DNA of 64,000 bases from Nitrososphaerales archaeon. Its GTDB lineage: Archaea > Thermoproteota > Nitrososphaeria > Nitrososphaerales > UBA213. Location of the stretch: contig JBHICH010000001.1 of assembly GCA_046759465.1 (NCBI GenBank), positions 9,953-73,952 on the forward strand, given 5' to 3'. Position numbers and translations under genes: made by a program. Positions within the stretch are counted from its first letter, which is position 1; the number at the start of each line of letters is the position of its first letter. Below the pieces are notes generated by a model, which saw only the letters and a list, made by a program, of their open reading frames with translations, was not told the origin of the DNA and did no database searches. Shown here one piece after another: positions 44,163 through 54,151 of the stretch.

Positions 44163-46070
44163 TTATTTTGCAGCCGGTTGCTGTTGTGTAATGCAATGAA
44201 TGGTTCCGAATCCATATAACAAGTCAGCGCAATTAATACCAACGATCTTTCTAGTAGGAAATACCTCTTGAATAGCATTTAATGCTAATTGATCATTTGA
44301 ATCTCTAAAGATCGGAACCAAAACCACATTGTTTCCTACATAGAAGTTAAGATAACTCGCAGGTAGCCTCTCATTTCCATCTCCGACAAATACAGGCATT
44401 GGTAATTTAATGATATTTAATTTATTCCCGTCTTGATCCTTTGATTTAAGGAGTATCTCGTAATTCTCTGTTAAGATAGAATGGTTTTCATCTTTTTCAT
44501 CCTCCTCGTAAGCGCATACAACGGTTGTAGGATTTACGAAACGAGCAATATTATCAACATGACCGTCGGTATCATCCCCTGCAACACCTCCTTTCAGCCA
44601 GATGATATGACTCACGCCTAGATAATCTGTCAAGTATTTTTCGATTTCTCTTCTGGAAAGACAGTGGTTTCTATTCAATAAGCACCGTTCCGTCGTTAGG
44701 AGTGTTCCTCTACCATTTACATCTATAGCTCCACCTTCCAATACAATCCCTGGCGTAAAATAAGTCAGTTGCAATTTCTGATTTATGATAGAGGGAATTT
44801 GGGTATCCTTCATAAGCTCTTTATATTTTCCACCCCATGAATCAAAAATCCAATGTACCATAGCTGTCTGTTGTTTACTATTATTAGTTAAAAAAAAGGG
44901 ACCGTAATCCCTAATCCAGACATCTGCATAATCCATTAGATGGAAATTAATTCTTTTTAAATCAATATCTCTTTTCTTAAACAGTTCAGCTACCTTTACT
45001 TTCATAGCATCATCTTTGACTAAAAGATTCAATTCTTCACTTTTGCAGACAGCGCCAACAATTTGTACATATGATTCTTCGACCTTTTCAAGTCTATCAG
45101 GAAAGGTTCCAAGATCATGGGGCCATGCCAACCAGACCGCATCATGCTTTTCCCATTCTGCTGGCATGTGGTAGCCTGATGCGAGAGGTGTGGCATGCGA
45201 AAGAAGTAGACGATAAGTCTCCGGACGACGGTTTTTGATAAAGCCCCAATCTTCCTGAATTTTTTTATTTTGATGAAGGTCTAGTTCGACAACTAAAACT
45301 TCTTCATTCTCTTTACTTGCTCTCTTTAGTACCTTTCCGAATGAATCACAGGCGAATGATGACCCCCAGAATCTTATTTTCCCTTCCTTTCCTACCCGGT
45401 TAACTGCGGCAACATGGACACCGTTAGCTATAGCATGAGAACGCTGAATAGTCTCCCAAGCGTCGTACCAGTCTCCCTCTTGAGAATCGCTATCTTCAGG
45501 ATAACCAATTGCGGTAGGATAAAAGATGATATCTGCACCTTTTAATGTACTCACTCTTGCAGCCTCAGGAAACCACTGGTCATAGCAAATGAATACCGCA
45601 AACGAAGCGTAACGAGTTTTAAATACGCGATAGCCCAAGTCACCTACTTCAAAATAGTTTCTTTCATAAAAGTGCGGGTCATGGGGTAGATGCATCTTGC
45701 GGTAGGTGCCAATGATTTTCCCGTCTGTATCGATCACGACGGCTGAATTGTAATATTTGCCATTGCGAGCTCTTTCAAAGAGGGGTGCAATGATAACTAC
45801 ACCAAGTTCTCTAGCTAAACTTGATAACGTCAAAGTAGACTCTCCAGGAATCGTTTCAGCTAATTGTCTAACATCTCTTCTTTTATCATGTGGAAAATAC
45901 TTGGTTCGATACAATTCTTGAAGACAGATAACCTGTGCACCTTTCTTTGCTGCTTCCTTTATTTTCTCCATAGTTTTCTTCATGTTTGAGGTAGTATCAT
46001 CTGAGACAGTTGTCTGAATAAGTCCTATCATAACTTCATCTTTCTTCTGCGTAGCCACGATCTTAAACAC
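44163..46070 (-). CDS. Fusion protein: N-terminal carbon-nitrogen hydrolase (N-carbamoylputrescine amidase-like) plus C-terminal agmatine deiminase
   Basis: N-terminal half: IGLIQTTV...VICLQELY...FICYDQWFPE (E-K-C nitrilase-superfamily pattern). C-terminal half: YHMPAEWEKHDAVWLAWPH...GTIHCITQQQP (PAD_porph catalytic Cys). Start is GTG 46070 or ATG 46031. Confidence 0.85.
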   Translation of the reverse strand: MFKIVATQKKDEVMIGLIQTTVSDDTTSNMKKTMEKIKEAAKKGAQVICLQELYRTKYFPHDKRRDVRQLAETIPGESTLTLSSLARELGVVIIAPLFERARNGKYYNSAVVIDTDGKIIGTYRKMHLPHDPHFYERNYFEVGDLGYRVFKTRYASFAVFICYDQWFPEAARVSTLKGADIIFYPTAIGYPEDSDSQEGDWYDAWETIQRSHAIANGVHVAAVNRVGKEGKIRFWGSSFACDSFGKVLKRASKENEEVLVVELDLHQNKKIQEDWGFIKNRRPETYRLLLSHATPLASGYHMPAEWEKHDAVWLAWPHDLGTFPDRLEKVEESYVQIVGAVCKSEELNLLVKDDAMKVKVAELFKKRDIDLKRINFHLMDYADVWIRDYGPFFLTNNSKQQTAMVHWIFDSWGGKYKELMKDTQIPSIINQKLQLTYFTPGIVLEGGAIDVNGRGTLLTTERCLLNRNHCLSRREIEKYLTDYLGVSHIIWLKGGVAGDDTDGHVDNIARFVNPTTVVCAYEEDEKDENHSILTENYEILLKSKDQDGNKLNIIKLPMPVFVGDGNERLPASYLNFYVGNNVVLVPIFRDSNDQLALNAIQEVFPTRKIVGINCADLLYGFGTIHCITQQQPAAK

Positions 46071-46265
46071 CTTAGTGTGATTTTCGGATTTGCTATCTTT
46101 AAGCCTCTTTATTAATATTGGGAAATCCTCTAAAATTCTTTATCTATTCGTAAAATATCTGTAAACATTCGATCTAGTCGAGCTCTCGTCCGCTTACTAT
46201 AATGACACAACAGCAGCACTGGCAGCAAAGCTAATGGCAGAAATACTGATCATGAATTCTAGGCA

Positions 46266-48119
46266 TCAGACCATTATTTGTGGTCTTTTTGATACATGTG
46301 TAGGCATATTCAAAGGCATGAACGGTTTGTCCTTATTCTCATCGCTAATTTCTTTAATTAATTCTTGAACACTAACATCTCTTACCTTATTTTCTGATCT
46401 GTCTCTAACACTTAACTTGTCTCCTTTCACTTCCTTCTCTCCGATTACTATTATGTATGGTATCCATTCCATTTCCGCTTCTCTAATCCTTTTAGCCAAA
46501 GTTTCATCTCTGTCATCCAAATCAACCCTTATCTGATTTGCTTCGAACCGCTGAGCGAGTTTTTCACAATGTTGCAAATATTGCTGAGAAACTGGTAAAA
46601 TTCTGACCTGAGTTGGCGATAGCCATAAAGGAAATATTGGAACGCCATTAGCTTTCTGAACTTTTCCGGCTTTTTCAAGTAAAGCATAAATCACCCGCTC
46701 AACTGCACCGCTCGGAGAGTTGTGAAGTATAATTGGATTCTTTTTTGATCCATCTTCACTTACAAAGAATATGTTGTATCGAGTGCCGTTTTCAACATCG
46801 ATTTGATCCGTTGATAGTGCAGATGCCTTGCCCAAGTTATCTATAAAATTGAACTCCCACTTTAGTATAAAGTAGAAGAATCTTTCCTTCCACATTTCTA
46901 CGAGAGCAGGCTTGCCAAGCATTGCTGTCAGTTTATTCACGAAGTCTTTGTTCGAATTGTAGAAATCTTCCGTAAACCTCAGACCCATTTCAATATCATC
47001 TTTTGTTAATCCCAGACTATCTATAACATCTAAGGATAATTTGAACCTCTTCAATACTTCATCCTTTGCTTGCTCAATATCTTTGCATATTGCATGGCAG
47101 TCTGGCATCGTAAATGCTCTAAGCCTTCGTAGACCAACTAGCTCACCGCTCTTCTCTCTTCGGAAACTATACCGTGTCAATTCGTAAAGCTTCAATGGTA
47201 GGTGTCTGTAGGAAAGTTGGAAGTCTCTTATCATCAAGAATTGACCAAAACATGCAGCAAATCTCAAAAACAGTTCTCTACCTTCTGCGTTAATGTTATA
47301 CTGCCTTGCTGGAAATCTGTTAAAGTAGCTCTCCATGCTTGGATGTTTAGCGTCATACATTATTGGGGTTTCAACTTCGATGCCTCCATATTCCATTACT
47401 TTTCTGGTAACATATTGTTCAATCAGCGATTTAATTAGCCTGCCTTTTGGGTAGAAGCGCATATTTCCAACATCTGATGCTGGTTCATAGTCCGCAATTG
47501 CAAGTTTCTTCATCAGTCTAACATGTGGCGGTTGTTCCTCAACACCTCTCGTCTTTTTAGTTTCGTACTTTACTAGGATTTCCAAGCTATCCTTACCTGT
47601 AAAATCGTACTTTTCTACAGGTGTTAATTTTCCATCAGGCTCAATTATGTACCAGTATGATACAAGTTTCTCCTCTGCCGTCAATGCTTCTGAAACTTTT
47701 TCCTTTACAGTCTGTTTTGAAATTACACTTGAATGCTCTGCAAGCGGGTGACCTTTAACACTTATGTTGAATGATTTAGTCCATCCGAAGGGAGCTCTAT
47801 GTACCTCGATACCATCTTTTGCAAGAGATTCCATCGATTTTATGAGGCTTAATGCTGTGCTAGGCGATGCCAGATTGGAACTAAGATGAGCGTAAGGATA
47901 GATCAGCAACCTATTGCATTTTAAATTTGACAATGATTTTTTTATTTCATCAATTGCAGTTTTTACTATACTCTCGTCGTCCTGGCTTTCAACAGCAACA
48001 AATATTACAACAATATCCTCATATCTAACTTTCTTTTTCTCAGTTTCTTCGGCTGAAGTTATTTCCTTCTCAATAGGTTCATATTCTATGAAATTTGAGT
48101 GCAGCTGCAATATTCGCAT
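46266..48119 (-). CDS. thrS: Threonyl-tRNA synthetase with an archaea-type N-terminal editing domain
   Basis: 617 aa. Class II core (FRREKSGEL, GLRRLRAFTMPD), C-terminal anticodon-binding domain, and an N-terminal ~140-aa archaeal editing domain. Confidence 0.95.
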   Translation of the reverse strand: MRILQLHSNFIEYEPIEKEITSAEETEKKKVRYEDIVVIFVAVESQDDESIVKTAIDEIKKSLSNLKCNRLLIYPYAHLSSNLASPSTALSLIKSMESLAKDGIEVHRAPFGWTKSFNISVKGHPLAEHSSVISKQTVKEKVSEALTAEEKLVSYWYIIEPDGKLTPVEKYDFTGKDSLEILVKYETKKTRGVEEQPPHVRLMKKLAIADYEPASDVGNMRFYPKGRLIKSLIEQYVTRKVMEYGGIEVETPIMYDAKHPSMESYFNRFPARQYNINAEGRELFLRFAACFGQFLMIRDFQLSYRHLPLKLYELTRYSFRREKSGELVGLRRLRAFTMPDCHAICKDIEQAKDEVLKRFKLSLDVIDSLGLTKDDIEMGLRFTEDFYNSNKDFVNKLTAMLGKPALVEMWKERFFYFILKWEFNFIDNLGKASALSTDQIDVENGTRYNIFFVSEDGSKKNPIILHNSPSGAVERVIYALLEKAGKVQKANGVPIFPLWLSPTQVRILPVSQQYLQHCEKLAQRFEANQIRVDLDDRDETLAKRIREAEMEWIPYIIVIGEKEVKGDKLSVRDRSENKVRDVSVQELIKEISDENKDKPFMPLNMPTHVSKRPQIMV

Positions 48120-48169
48120 CTTTCGTAGAGAATCAACGGAGCTGAATTAAAGGTTTCTAAAACTCAACT

Positions 48170-48388
48170 TTAGAATCCACCACGATATCTTAATGCTACA
48201 TCGTCCTTTTTGCTTTGCTTGAACTCTTTCTTCCACTGCTTGTAGTGTTCATTGCAAAGATAAGCTCGCTTTGAGCCAGAACCAATGTCAAGACCAGAAT
48301 CTTTTACCCTGTCAGAATTTAATGATCTAACCGCATTGTTACTGCACCCATTTACGCTACAACTTATACCTTTACTGATCTTGCCCAT
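48170..48388 (-). CDS. Small basic Cys/His protein (72 aa), hypothetical
   Basis: MGKISKGISCSVNGCSNNAV...AYLCNEHYKQWKK has a C-x4-C ... C-x2-H spacing that suggests a zinc knuckle. Lys-rich tail. Confidence 0.5.
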   Translation of the reverse strand: MGKISKGISCSVNGCSNNAVRSLNSDRVKDSGLDIGSGSKRAYLCNEHYKQWKKEFKQSKKDDVALRYRGGF

Positions 48389-48444
48389 TTGCTTACAATA
48401 TTTAGTGTTATCCTATAAATACTTGCTAAACATATTCGATAATA

Positions 48445-49029
48445 TTGCTTAACCGCATAAGAGACAGGATCGAACCAGCTATGAATAGTCTCGGATTGAA
48501 ATTTGCCTCTAGCGGTTTCTCTCCAAATTTCTGGACTTCATTGGGCTTAGCATTCGCAATTGCCTCTGCAGTTGCTTATGCTAGTGCCGATACTGGAATA
48601 ATGTATGCGGCAATATATGGTGGTATACTGTTGCTAATATCTGGTTTCTTTGATATTGTTGATGGAAGCGTTGCCAGGGCAATAAAACAGATTTCTCGTA
48701 AGGGCGCGTTTTTGGATTCAACACTTGATAAAGTTGCAGAGGTTGTAGTATTTCTTGGTATACTGTATGGAGGATTGGCAGATGCTAAAATAGTGCTTAT
48801 TGCGTTGGCTCTATCACTTTTGGTTAGCTACGCGAGGGCAAGAGCGGAATCATTGGGTATTGAGCTAAAGGGTGTTGGTATAGGTGAAAGGGCTGAGCGT
48901 CTGCTGGTGATAGCGGCATTTAGCATAGCTGGCTTCACATATTATGGAATAATAATAGTTGCGATAATAGCTGGAATAACATTCATCCAAAGAATTGTCT
49001 GTGTGCTGTCACACATCAATCGAAGTTAA
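48445..49029 (+). CDS. CDP-alcohol phosphatidyltransferase (archaetidyl-headgroup synthase family)
   Basis: DIVDGSVARAIKQISRKGAFLDSTLDKVAE matches D-x2-DG-x2-AR...G-x3-D-x3-D. Multi-TM protein. TTG start. Confidence 0.8.
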   Translation: MLNRIRDRIEPAMNSLGLKFASSGFSPNFWTSLGLAFAIASAVAYASADTGIMYAAIYGGILLLISGFFDIVDGSVARAIKQISRKGAFLDSTLDKVAEVVVFLGILYGGLADAKIVLIALALSLLVSYARARAESLGIELKGVGIGERAERLLVIAAFSIAGFTYYGIIIVAIIAGITFIQRIVCVLSHINRS

Positions 49030-49313
49030 TGCAAAGGTCTTGATATTCTTCGTTCTTTCTCAGACCTTACCTTAACCACACCATAGTAGACCGCGCATGA
49101 TACACAATAATACTTCACTATCGTTGGAGCCGCGATGTATGTACCACCTGCCCTTAACTCCTTTGCGAGAGATGGATCTACCAAACCAAGCCTTGATGTA
49201 ACCTTCTTTGCCTTGTCTCTTGGAACCCAACGCGCACAATTGCTGCATTGAACCAAACTTGAACGGCCCTTGCCGCCTTTCGATCGGCCCCTGCTGGTTC
49301 TTTTCTTTGGCAT
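49026..49313 (-). CDS. rps26e: 30S ribosomal protein S26e
   Basis: MPKKRTSRGRSKGGKGRSSLVQCSNCARWVPRDKA...YYCVSCAVY matches the eS26 pattern. Confidence 0.9.
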   Translation of the reverse strand: MPKKRTSRGRSKGGKGRSSLVQCSNCARWVPRDKAKKVTSRLGLVDPSLAKELRAGGTYIAAPTIVKYYCVSCAVYYGVVKVRSEKERRISRPLH

Positions 49314-49359
49314 ACCATGTAAACCAGTGGTGTGTGTTTTAAGTGTTATGATATTTTGA

Positions 49360-50277
49360 GTGACAAGAAATAATTATAGTTCATCACAGGTAATCCATGT
49401 GCGAATTGCTGTGACTTCACATACACCTATTGATCAGATCGAAAGTCGAGGATCTAGTTTTGTTGGTATTGGTGGTCCGACTTGCTACAGTGGTATGACA
49501 ATAAAATCGCTAGGAGCAGATGTGCAGCTCGTGACGAAAGTAGGTCGCGACTTTGATTATAGAAACGTATTGAATGAAAAGGGTCTGCAAATATCAGATG
49601 CTTGTATTTCTGCAAGCGAACCTACAACAAGGTTTAGACTTGTTATTGACGGACGAAGACGTAATCTCTTCCTTTTAGCCAAGTGTGAAGATATCGCAGA
49701 TGATGAGATAAACATCAATGCTGATGCTTGCGTAGTTAGCCCAATTATAAATGAGATTAGTGGTGAGGTTGTTAGAGAAATATCAAAACAAGTTAATTTT
49801 GTATTTCTAGACCCGCAAGGATTCGTTAGAAAGTTTCGGAAAGACGGTAGTTGTTATATAGAAAAAATAGAAATGAACATTCATAAGTTCAAAATAAATG
49901 CAATAAAGGTCGATGATGAAGAAGCCTTCGCTTTAACGGGTGTAAATGGTGTTGATGCTCTCAAGAAACTTAAGATTGAAACTGCAATTCTAACAAGCAC
50001 CAACAGAACAACTATGCTATGTAACGAACGTATTTATGAAATTAGCACAGAGATGATCGACGTTCAAGATTCTACTGGAACAGGCGATATTCTTTCAGGA
50101 GCTTATACATACGCTTTCGTAAATAGTAAAGATGCAAGGTGGGCGTTGTGCCTGGGTGTAGCTGCTTCTTTTAGTGCATTGAAAAGCAATGCCACAGGAA
50201 TATCAAAAGTACCACTAAAAAATGATATTGAAAACTATGCAACAATACTTCATAACAACATCAAAAGTGTAACATAA
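49360..50277 (+). CDS. PfkB-family carbohydrate/nucleoside kinase
   Basis: C-terminal DSTGTGDILSGAY (the DTxGAGD ATP/anion-hole motif). The N-terminus is uncertain because of a GTG start. Confidence 0.75.
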   Translation: MTRNNYSSSQVIHVRIAVTSHTPIDQIESRGSSFVGIGGPTCYSGMTIKSLGADVQLVTKVGRDFDYRNVLNEKGLQISDACISASEPTTRFRLVIDGRRRNLFLLAKCEDIADDEININADACVVSPIINEISGEVVREISKQVNFVFLDPQGFVRKFRKDGSCYIEKIEMNIHKFKINAIKVDDEEAFALTGVNGVDALKKLKIETAILTSTNRTTMLCNERIYEISTEMIDVQDSTGTGDILSGAYTYAFVNSKDARWALCLGVAASFSALKSNATGISKVPLKNDIENYATILHNNIKSVT

Positions 50278-50309
50278 CTGAAAGAGTTCAATTTACATTG
50301 ATTTGGTCG

Positions 50310-50336
50310 TGATTCAGTTGCAATCAGACTTTTTTT
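50310..50336 (+). terminator. Short hairpin plus T7 run after the PfkB kinase gene
   Basis: TGATT cagttgc AATCA is followed by TTTTTTT (50330-50336). Confidence 0.5.
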
Positions 50337-50361
50337 ATTCTAGTATTATGCATATAATACT

Positions 50362-50595
50362 ATGTCGAAAGCACTGGTGCTGATTACAGTAGATTCCGGC
50401 ACTGATACAAAGGTAGTTGAAGAACTGAAGAAAGTTTCTAGCATTGAAGAAATTTACGAAGTTTACGGAGCATACGATATAATCGCAATGGTTGAAGGAG
50501 ATTCTAACAGCAAGATAAAAGAAACAGTATTCAATAATATAAGACGTTTGGAACATGTAAAATCAACGTTAACGATGATGATCGTTGAAGATTAA
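50362..50595 (+). CDS. Stand-alone Lrp/AsnC-type RAM (ligand-binding) domain protein
   Basis: 77 aa with a beta-alpha-beta-beta-alpha-beta pattern (ALVLITVDSG...EIYEVYGAYDIIAMVE...). Confidence 0.75.
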   Translation: MSKALVLITVDSGTDTKVVEELKKVSSIEEIYEVYGAYDIIAMVEGDSNSKIKETVFNNIRRLEHVKSTLTMMIVED

Positions 50596-50650
50596 ATTAT
50601 GTCTAAATAACCTTGCTAACTTTAAATTAAAGTGTTTATTCAATATTTTC

Positions 50651-51649
50651 GTGAAAGTAGCTGTCTCAAGCGCTGACCTGCAGGATGGTATGATTTCACA
50701 AGTAAAAAAGACACTTGACGGTATGGGAATACAATCACAAATAATGAAAAAGCAATATGTTATTGCAAAAGATGTTGATGCAGTTATAGTTACTGGTGGT
50801 GACAAAGGTATACTACATTTCTTCCATCAAATGGTCGGAGATTCTGCACCTGTCTTGGGAATTTATGAATCTGATTCTACGGGATTCCTTGCACAGGTAG
50901 AAACTAAAAACTTGGAAGTAGCTATGAACAGATTGAAGACTGGACACTTCAGCGTAGACGAAGTTACGCGCTTAGGTGTAAGAGTTGATAGCAAGGATGT
51001 TGATCCTGTTCTTAACGATGTTACATTATTTCCATCCAAAAGCGCTACATTGATGGAACATAAGCTCAAGATAAATGGCGAGGATGTTTGGCACGATAAC
51101 AGTGACGGTGTTATCATATCAACTCCTATTGGTTCAACTGCATATTCAATGTCAGCAGGTGGTCCGATGGTTCTACAAAAAGCAAGAGTGTTTCTCATAG
51201 TATCAGTTAATTCACTTGATGTGACAAGAAGACCGTTAGTAGTATCAGACGATACGCTTGTTGAAGTTGACGACGTTACCAGCAGGTATCACTGTGAAGT
51301 TATTCTTGATGGTGGTAAGCGATTAAGAATCAAAAAACAATTAGAATGCTCTAAACACCAATTTCCGGCAAGGCTTGTCAGGCTTGCTGAGGATTCTGCA
51401 GCAGTATCACTAATAGCGAAGAAGGTAAGATTGGCAGAGGATCTACTTGGAATGCCTCCAAGTGCTAAGCTGGTTCTAAAGACACTTGAGTATGAAGGCC
51501 CGTTGAGCCAGAAAGAGCTAGCGAGAAGAACAATATTACCTGAAAGAACCGTTAGGCTAGCGTTGACTCACCTGCTTAGTAAAGGATATGTGAAGAAAAA
51601 AGTCTCGCTTAGAGATGCGAGGCAGAGAATCTACGAGCTGAAACTTTAG
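50651..51649 (+). CDS. nadK: NAD kinase fused to a C-terminal winged-helix (MarR/TrmB-like) domain
   Basis: VTGGDKGILHF, LNDVTLF and DGVIISTPIGSTAYSMSAGGP NAD-kinase motifs. The last ~75 aa (PSAKLVLKTLEYEGPLSQKELARRTILPERTVRLALTHLLSKGYVKKK) are a wHTH. I prefer GTG 50651 (VKVAVSS), with CTTTAAATTAAAG ~25 nt upstream. Confidence 0.8.
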   Translation: MKVAVSSADLQDGMISQVKKTLDGMGIQSQIMKKQYVIAKDVDAVIVTGGDKGILHFFHQMVGDSAPVLGIYESDSTGFLAQVETKNLEVAMNRLKTGHFSVDEVTRLGVRVDSKDVDPVLNDVTLFPSKSATLMEHKLKINGEDVWHDNSDGVIISTPIGSTAYSMSAGGPMVLQKARVFLIVSVNSLDVTRRPLVVSDDTLVEVDDVTSRYHCEVILDGGKRLRIKKQLECSKHQFPARLVRLAEDSAAVSLIAKKVRLAEDLLGMPPSAKLVLKTLEYEGPLSQKELARRTILPERTVRLALTHLLSKGYVKKKVSLRDARQRIYELKL

Positions 51650-53271
51650 CTCTTCCTGTTCTTTACAGCAGCTTTTATGAACGATAGGAACGCCTTTTCT
51701 GGTTTGCCAGGTCTGCTTGTAAACTCAGCATGGTACTGCACTGCAAAGTAGAAGTTATGGTTTGGAACCTCAAGTATCTCCATCCTTTTGCCATTATCAC
51801 TTGAGCCAGAGAATATCATTCCCAATTTTTCAAACTGCTCTCTATACTCCTGATTGAACTCATATCTGTGTCTATGCCTCTTAATTGTTTTTGTAGAACC
51901 ATAAAGCTTGTTTGCAAATGTATTTGGAACAAGGTCGATCTCGTGAGCTCCTAGCCTCATTGTGCCTCCCATGTTGGCTATGCTCTTTTGCTCTGGTAAC
52001 AGATCTATAACAGGATCTTCGGTATCAGGATCAACTTCGGTGGAGTTGGCGTTTGCCAAATTACAAGCATGCCTTGCAAAGGCTACAGCAGCAAGCTGGA
52101 AACCAAAGCATATTCCCAGATATGCAATATTCTTCACTCTGGCATAATTTGTTGCGTTGATTATTCCGTCACTTCCGCGCTTCCCAAATCCTCCTGGCAC
52201 AAGAATTCCATCAAAACTGTCAAGCTTACCCAAACCGCCATTTTCAAGCTGCTCAGAATCGACCAATTCTACATTCACCTTGTATCCAACCTTTGCGCCC
52301 GCATGACTCAATGCATGGTTTATGCTTACATAACTGTCGGCCAACTTAACATACTTACCAACCATCGCAATCTTTACATCATCCTTAAAGTTCTTATAAG
52401 AATTCATAACACCGTCCCAGTCTCCCCAGTTGAATGCTCTTGTTTTTAAATCAAGTTTACTTGTCACAGTTTCAGCAAGTCCCTGCTGCTCAAGAACCTC
52501 CGGCACTGTATATATCGATGTTGCATCATGGCTTGAAATTACAGATTTCTCTTCAACATTTGCAAACAGTGATATCTTTTTCCTTGCATCAGTATCTAAA
52601 GGAATCTTGCATCTAACAGCAACTAGGTCAGGCTGAATACCTATCCTCCTCAACTCTTGAACGCTATGCTGTGTAGGCTTTGTCTTCACCTCTCCAACAA
52701 CATCTAGTATGGGGGCAAGTGTAACATGCACAAAAAACGTATTATTCCCACCGTCCTCAAGCCTAATCTGCCTCATTGCTTCCAAGAACGGTAAACTCTC
52801 AATGTCTCCGACAGTTCCTCCACATTCAATAACAACAACATCAAGGTTCTCCCTTCTGGCAGTGATTCTTATTCTATTCTTTATTTCATCTGTAATATGC
52901 GGAATTATCTGCACGCACTGCCCAAGGTATTCACCCTTGCGTTCTGATTCGATTACTTTTGCATATATCTGCGCTGTCGTAACGTTATGATCCTTGTTGA
53001 GATCAGCATCAAGGAATCGTTCGTAGGTTCCAATGTCCATATCGCACTCCCCACCATCATTAGTTACGAATACTTCCCCATGGATTAATGGATTCATTGT
53101 TCCTGCGTCAAAATTCAGATATGGATCGATCTTTACACAAGAAACCTTTAACCCGCATAACTGCAATAATTTTGCAAGGGAAGCTGTGGTAACACCCTTC
53201 CCTAAACCAGACATAACTCCACCTGTGACAAAGACATACTTCGGCGTAGAATTAGTGCGTTTTTCCAGCAT
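51646..53271 (-). CDS. pyrG: CTP synthase
   Basis: [17 protein letters not shown]-terminus and a C-terminal glutamine amidotransferase domain (GICFGFQ, HRHRYE). Confidence 0.95.
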   Translation of the reverse strand: MLEKRTNSTPKYVFVTGGVMSGLGKGVTTASLAKLLQLCGLKVSCVKIDPYLNFDAGTMNPLIHGEVFVTNDGGECDMDIGTYERFLDADLNKDHNVTTAQIYAKVIESERKGEYLGQCVQIIPHITDEIKNRIRITARRENLDVVVIECGGTVGDIESLPFLEAMRQIRLEDGGNNTFFVHVTLAPILDVVGEVKTKPTQHSVQELRRIGIQPDLVAVRCKIPLDTDARKKISLFANVEEKSVISSHDATSIYTVPEVLEQQGLAETVTSKLDLKTRAFNWGDWDGVMNSYKNFKDDVKIAMVGKYVKLADSYVSINHALSHAGAKVGYKVNVELVDSEQLENGGLGKLDSFDGILVPGGFGKRGSDGIINATNYARVKNIAYLGICFGFQLAAVAFARHACNLANANSTEVDPDTEDPVIDLLPEQKSIANMGGTMRLGAHEIDLVPNTFANKLYGSTKTIKRHRHRYEFNQEYREQFEKLGMIFSGSSDNGKRMEILEVPNHNFYFAVQYHAEFTSRPGKPEKAFLSFIKAAVKNRKS

Positions 53272-53350
53272 ATCTGGCCATCGTGAATCACCCTTTTAAT
53301 TGTTATTCCAGCTGTACGGAATTGAGTAAAATGATCTATGCTGCAGGATG

Positions 53351-54151
53351 TTACCTTGTGGCATTCTTCAGACATCGTGTCAAGGATTCAATTTTATTCA
53401 TCATTTCCTGACCACCAGCCTGATCAATTAGATTGATAAAAGCACTACCGACGATTACCGCGTCTGCCCCTGTATTGAGCATGAATTTAACGTGTTCATC
53501 TCGGCTTACGCCAAAGCCTACGGCTAAAGGCACCTTGGATTTTGAAAATTTCTTAACACGTTTTATGGCCTTTAATGTATAATCCTCATATCCCTCTCGC
53601 TCTCCAGTTGTTCCGAAGACAGAGACTAGGTAAAGGAAACCAGATGTAACGTTCACTATTGCCTTGATCCTTTCATCACTTGTGTTTGGAGAAACTAGGA
53701 ATATTGTATCCAAACCACGTTTTGATGCCTGTTTTTTCAAGTCTAGTGATTCCTCTACAATTAGATCAGGTATGATCAAACCGTCAACGCCATTAGATCT
53801 TGCATTTCTAAGAAAATCATCAAAACCTGGTTTGTATAAAATATTGCAATAGGTCATTATAGCTAATGGTACATCTAAATTCTCATTGATCTTCTTTGCA
53901 ATCTGCAATGCTCGCGTTGGAGTTATCCCTCTTTCCAATGCTATGTAGGAGGCTTTTTGTATTGTCGAACCGTCTGCAATCGGATCAGAAAAAGGAATTC
54001 CAAGTTCTAAAATATCAACACCACCCTTGACCATTGCCTTGATCACATCTAAGCTGCTTTCCTGGTCAGGGTAACCAGCTATAGCATACCCTATCAATGC
54101 ATGTTCAGTTCTAGAATTCAGATCTACAAACCTTTCACTTATTCTGGTCAT
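53351..54151 (-). CDS. trpA: Tryptophan synthase alpha chain
   Basis: [15 protein letters not shown] motif. Last gene of the trp cluster. Confidence 0.9.
   Translation of the reverse strand: MTRISERFVDLNSRTEHALIGYAIAGYPDQESSLDVIKAMVKGGVDILELGIPFSDPIADGSTIQKASYIALERGITPTRALQIAKKINENLDVPLAIMTYCNILYKPGFDDFLRNARSNGVDGLIIPDLIVEESLDLKKQASKRGLDTIFLVSPNTSDERIKAIVNVTSGFLYLVSVFGTTGEREGYEDYTLKAIKRVKKFSKSKVPLAVGFGVSRDEHVKFMLNTGADAVIVGSAFINLIDQAGGQEMMNKIESLTRCLKNATR

Noticed and set aside
48170-48388. C-terminal ...ALRYRGGF resembling the ubiquitin LRLRGG tail (a ubiquitin-like modifier?)
   Set aside because: The rest of the 72-aa sequence is Ser/Lys/Cys-rich. It shows no alternating hydrophobic beta-grasp pattern and no similarity to ubiquitin, SAMP or Urm1. 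No E1-like gene is nearby. This is most likely coincidence.
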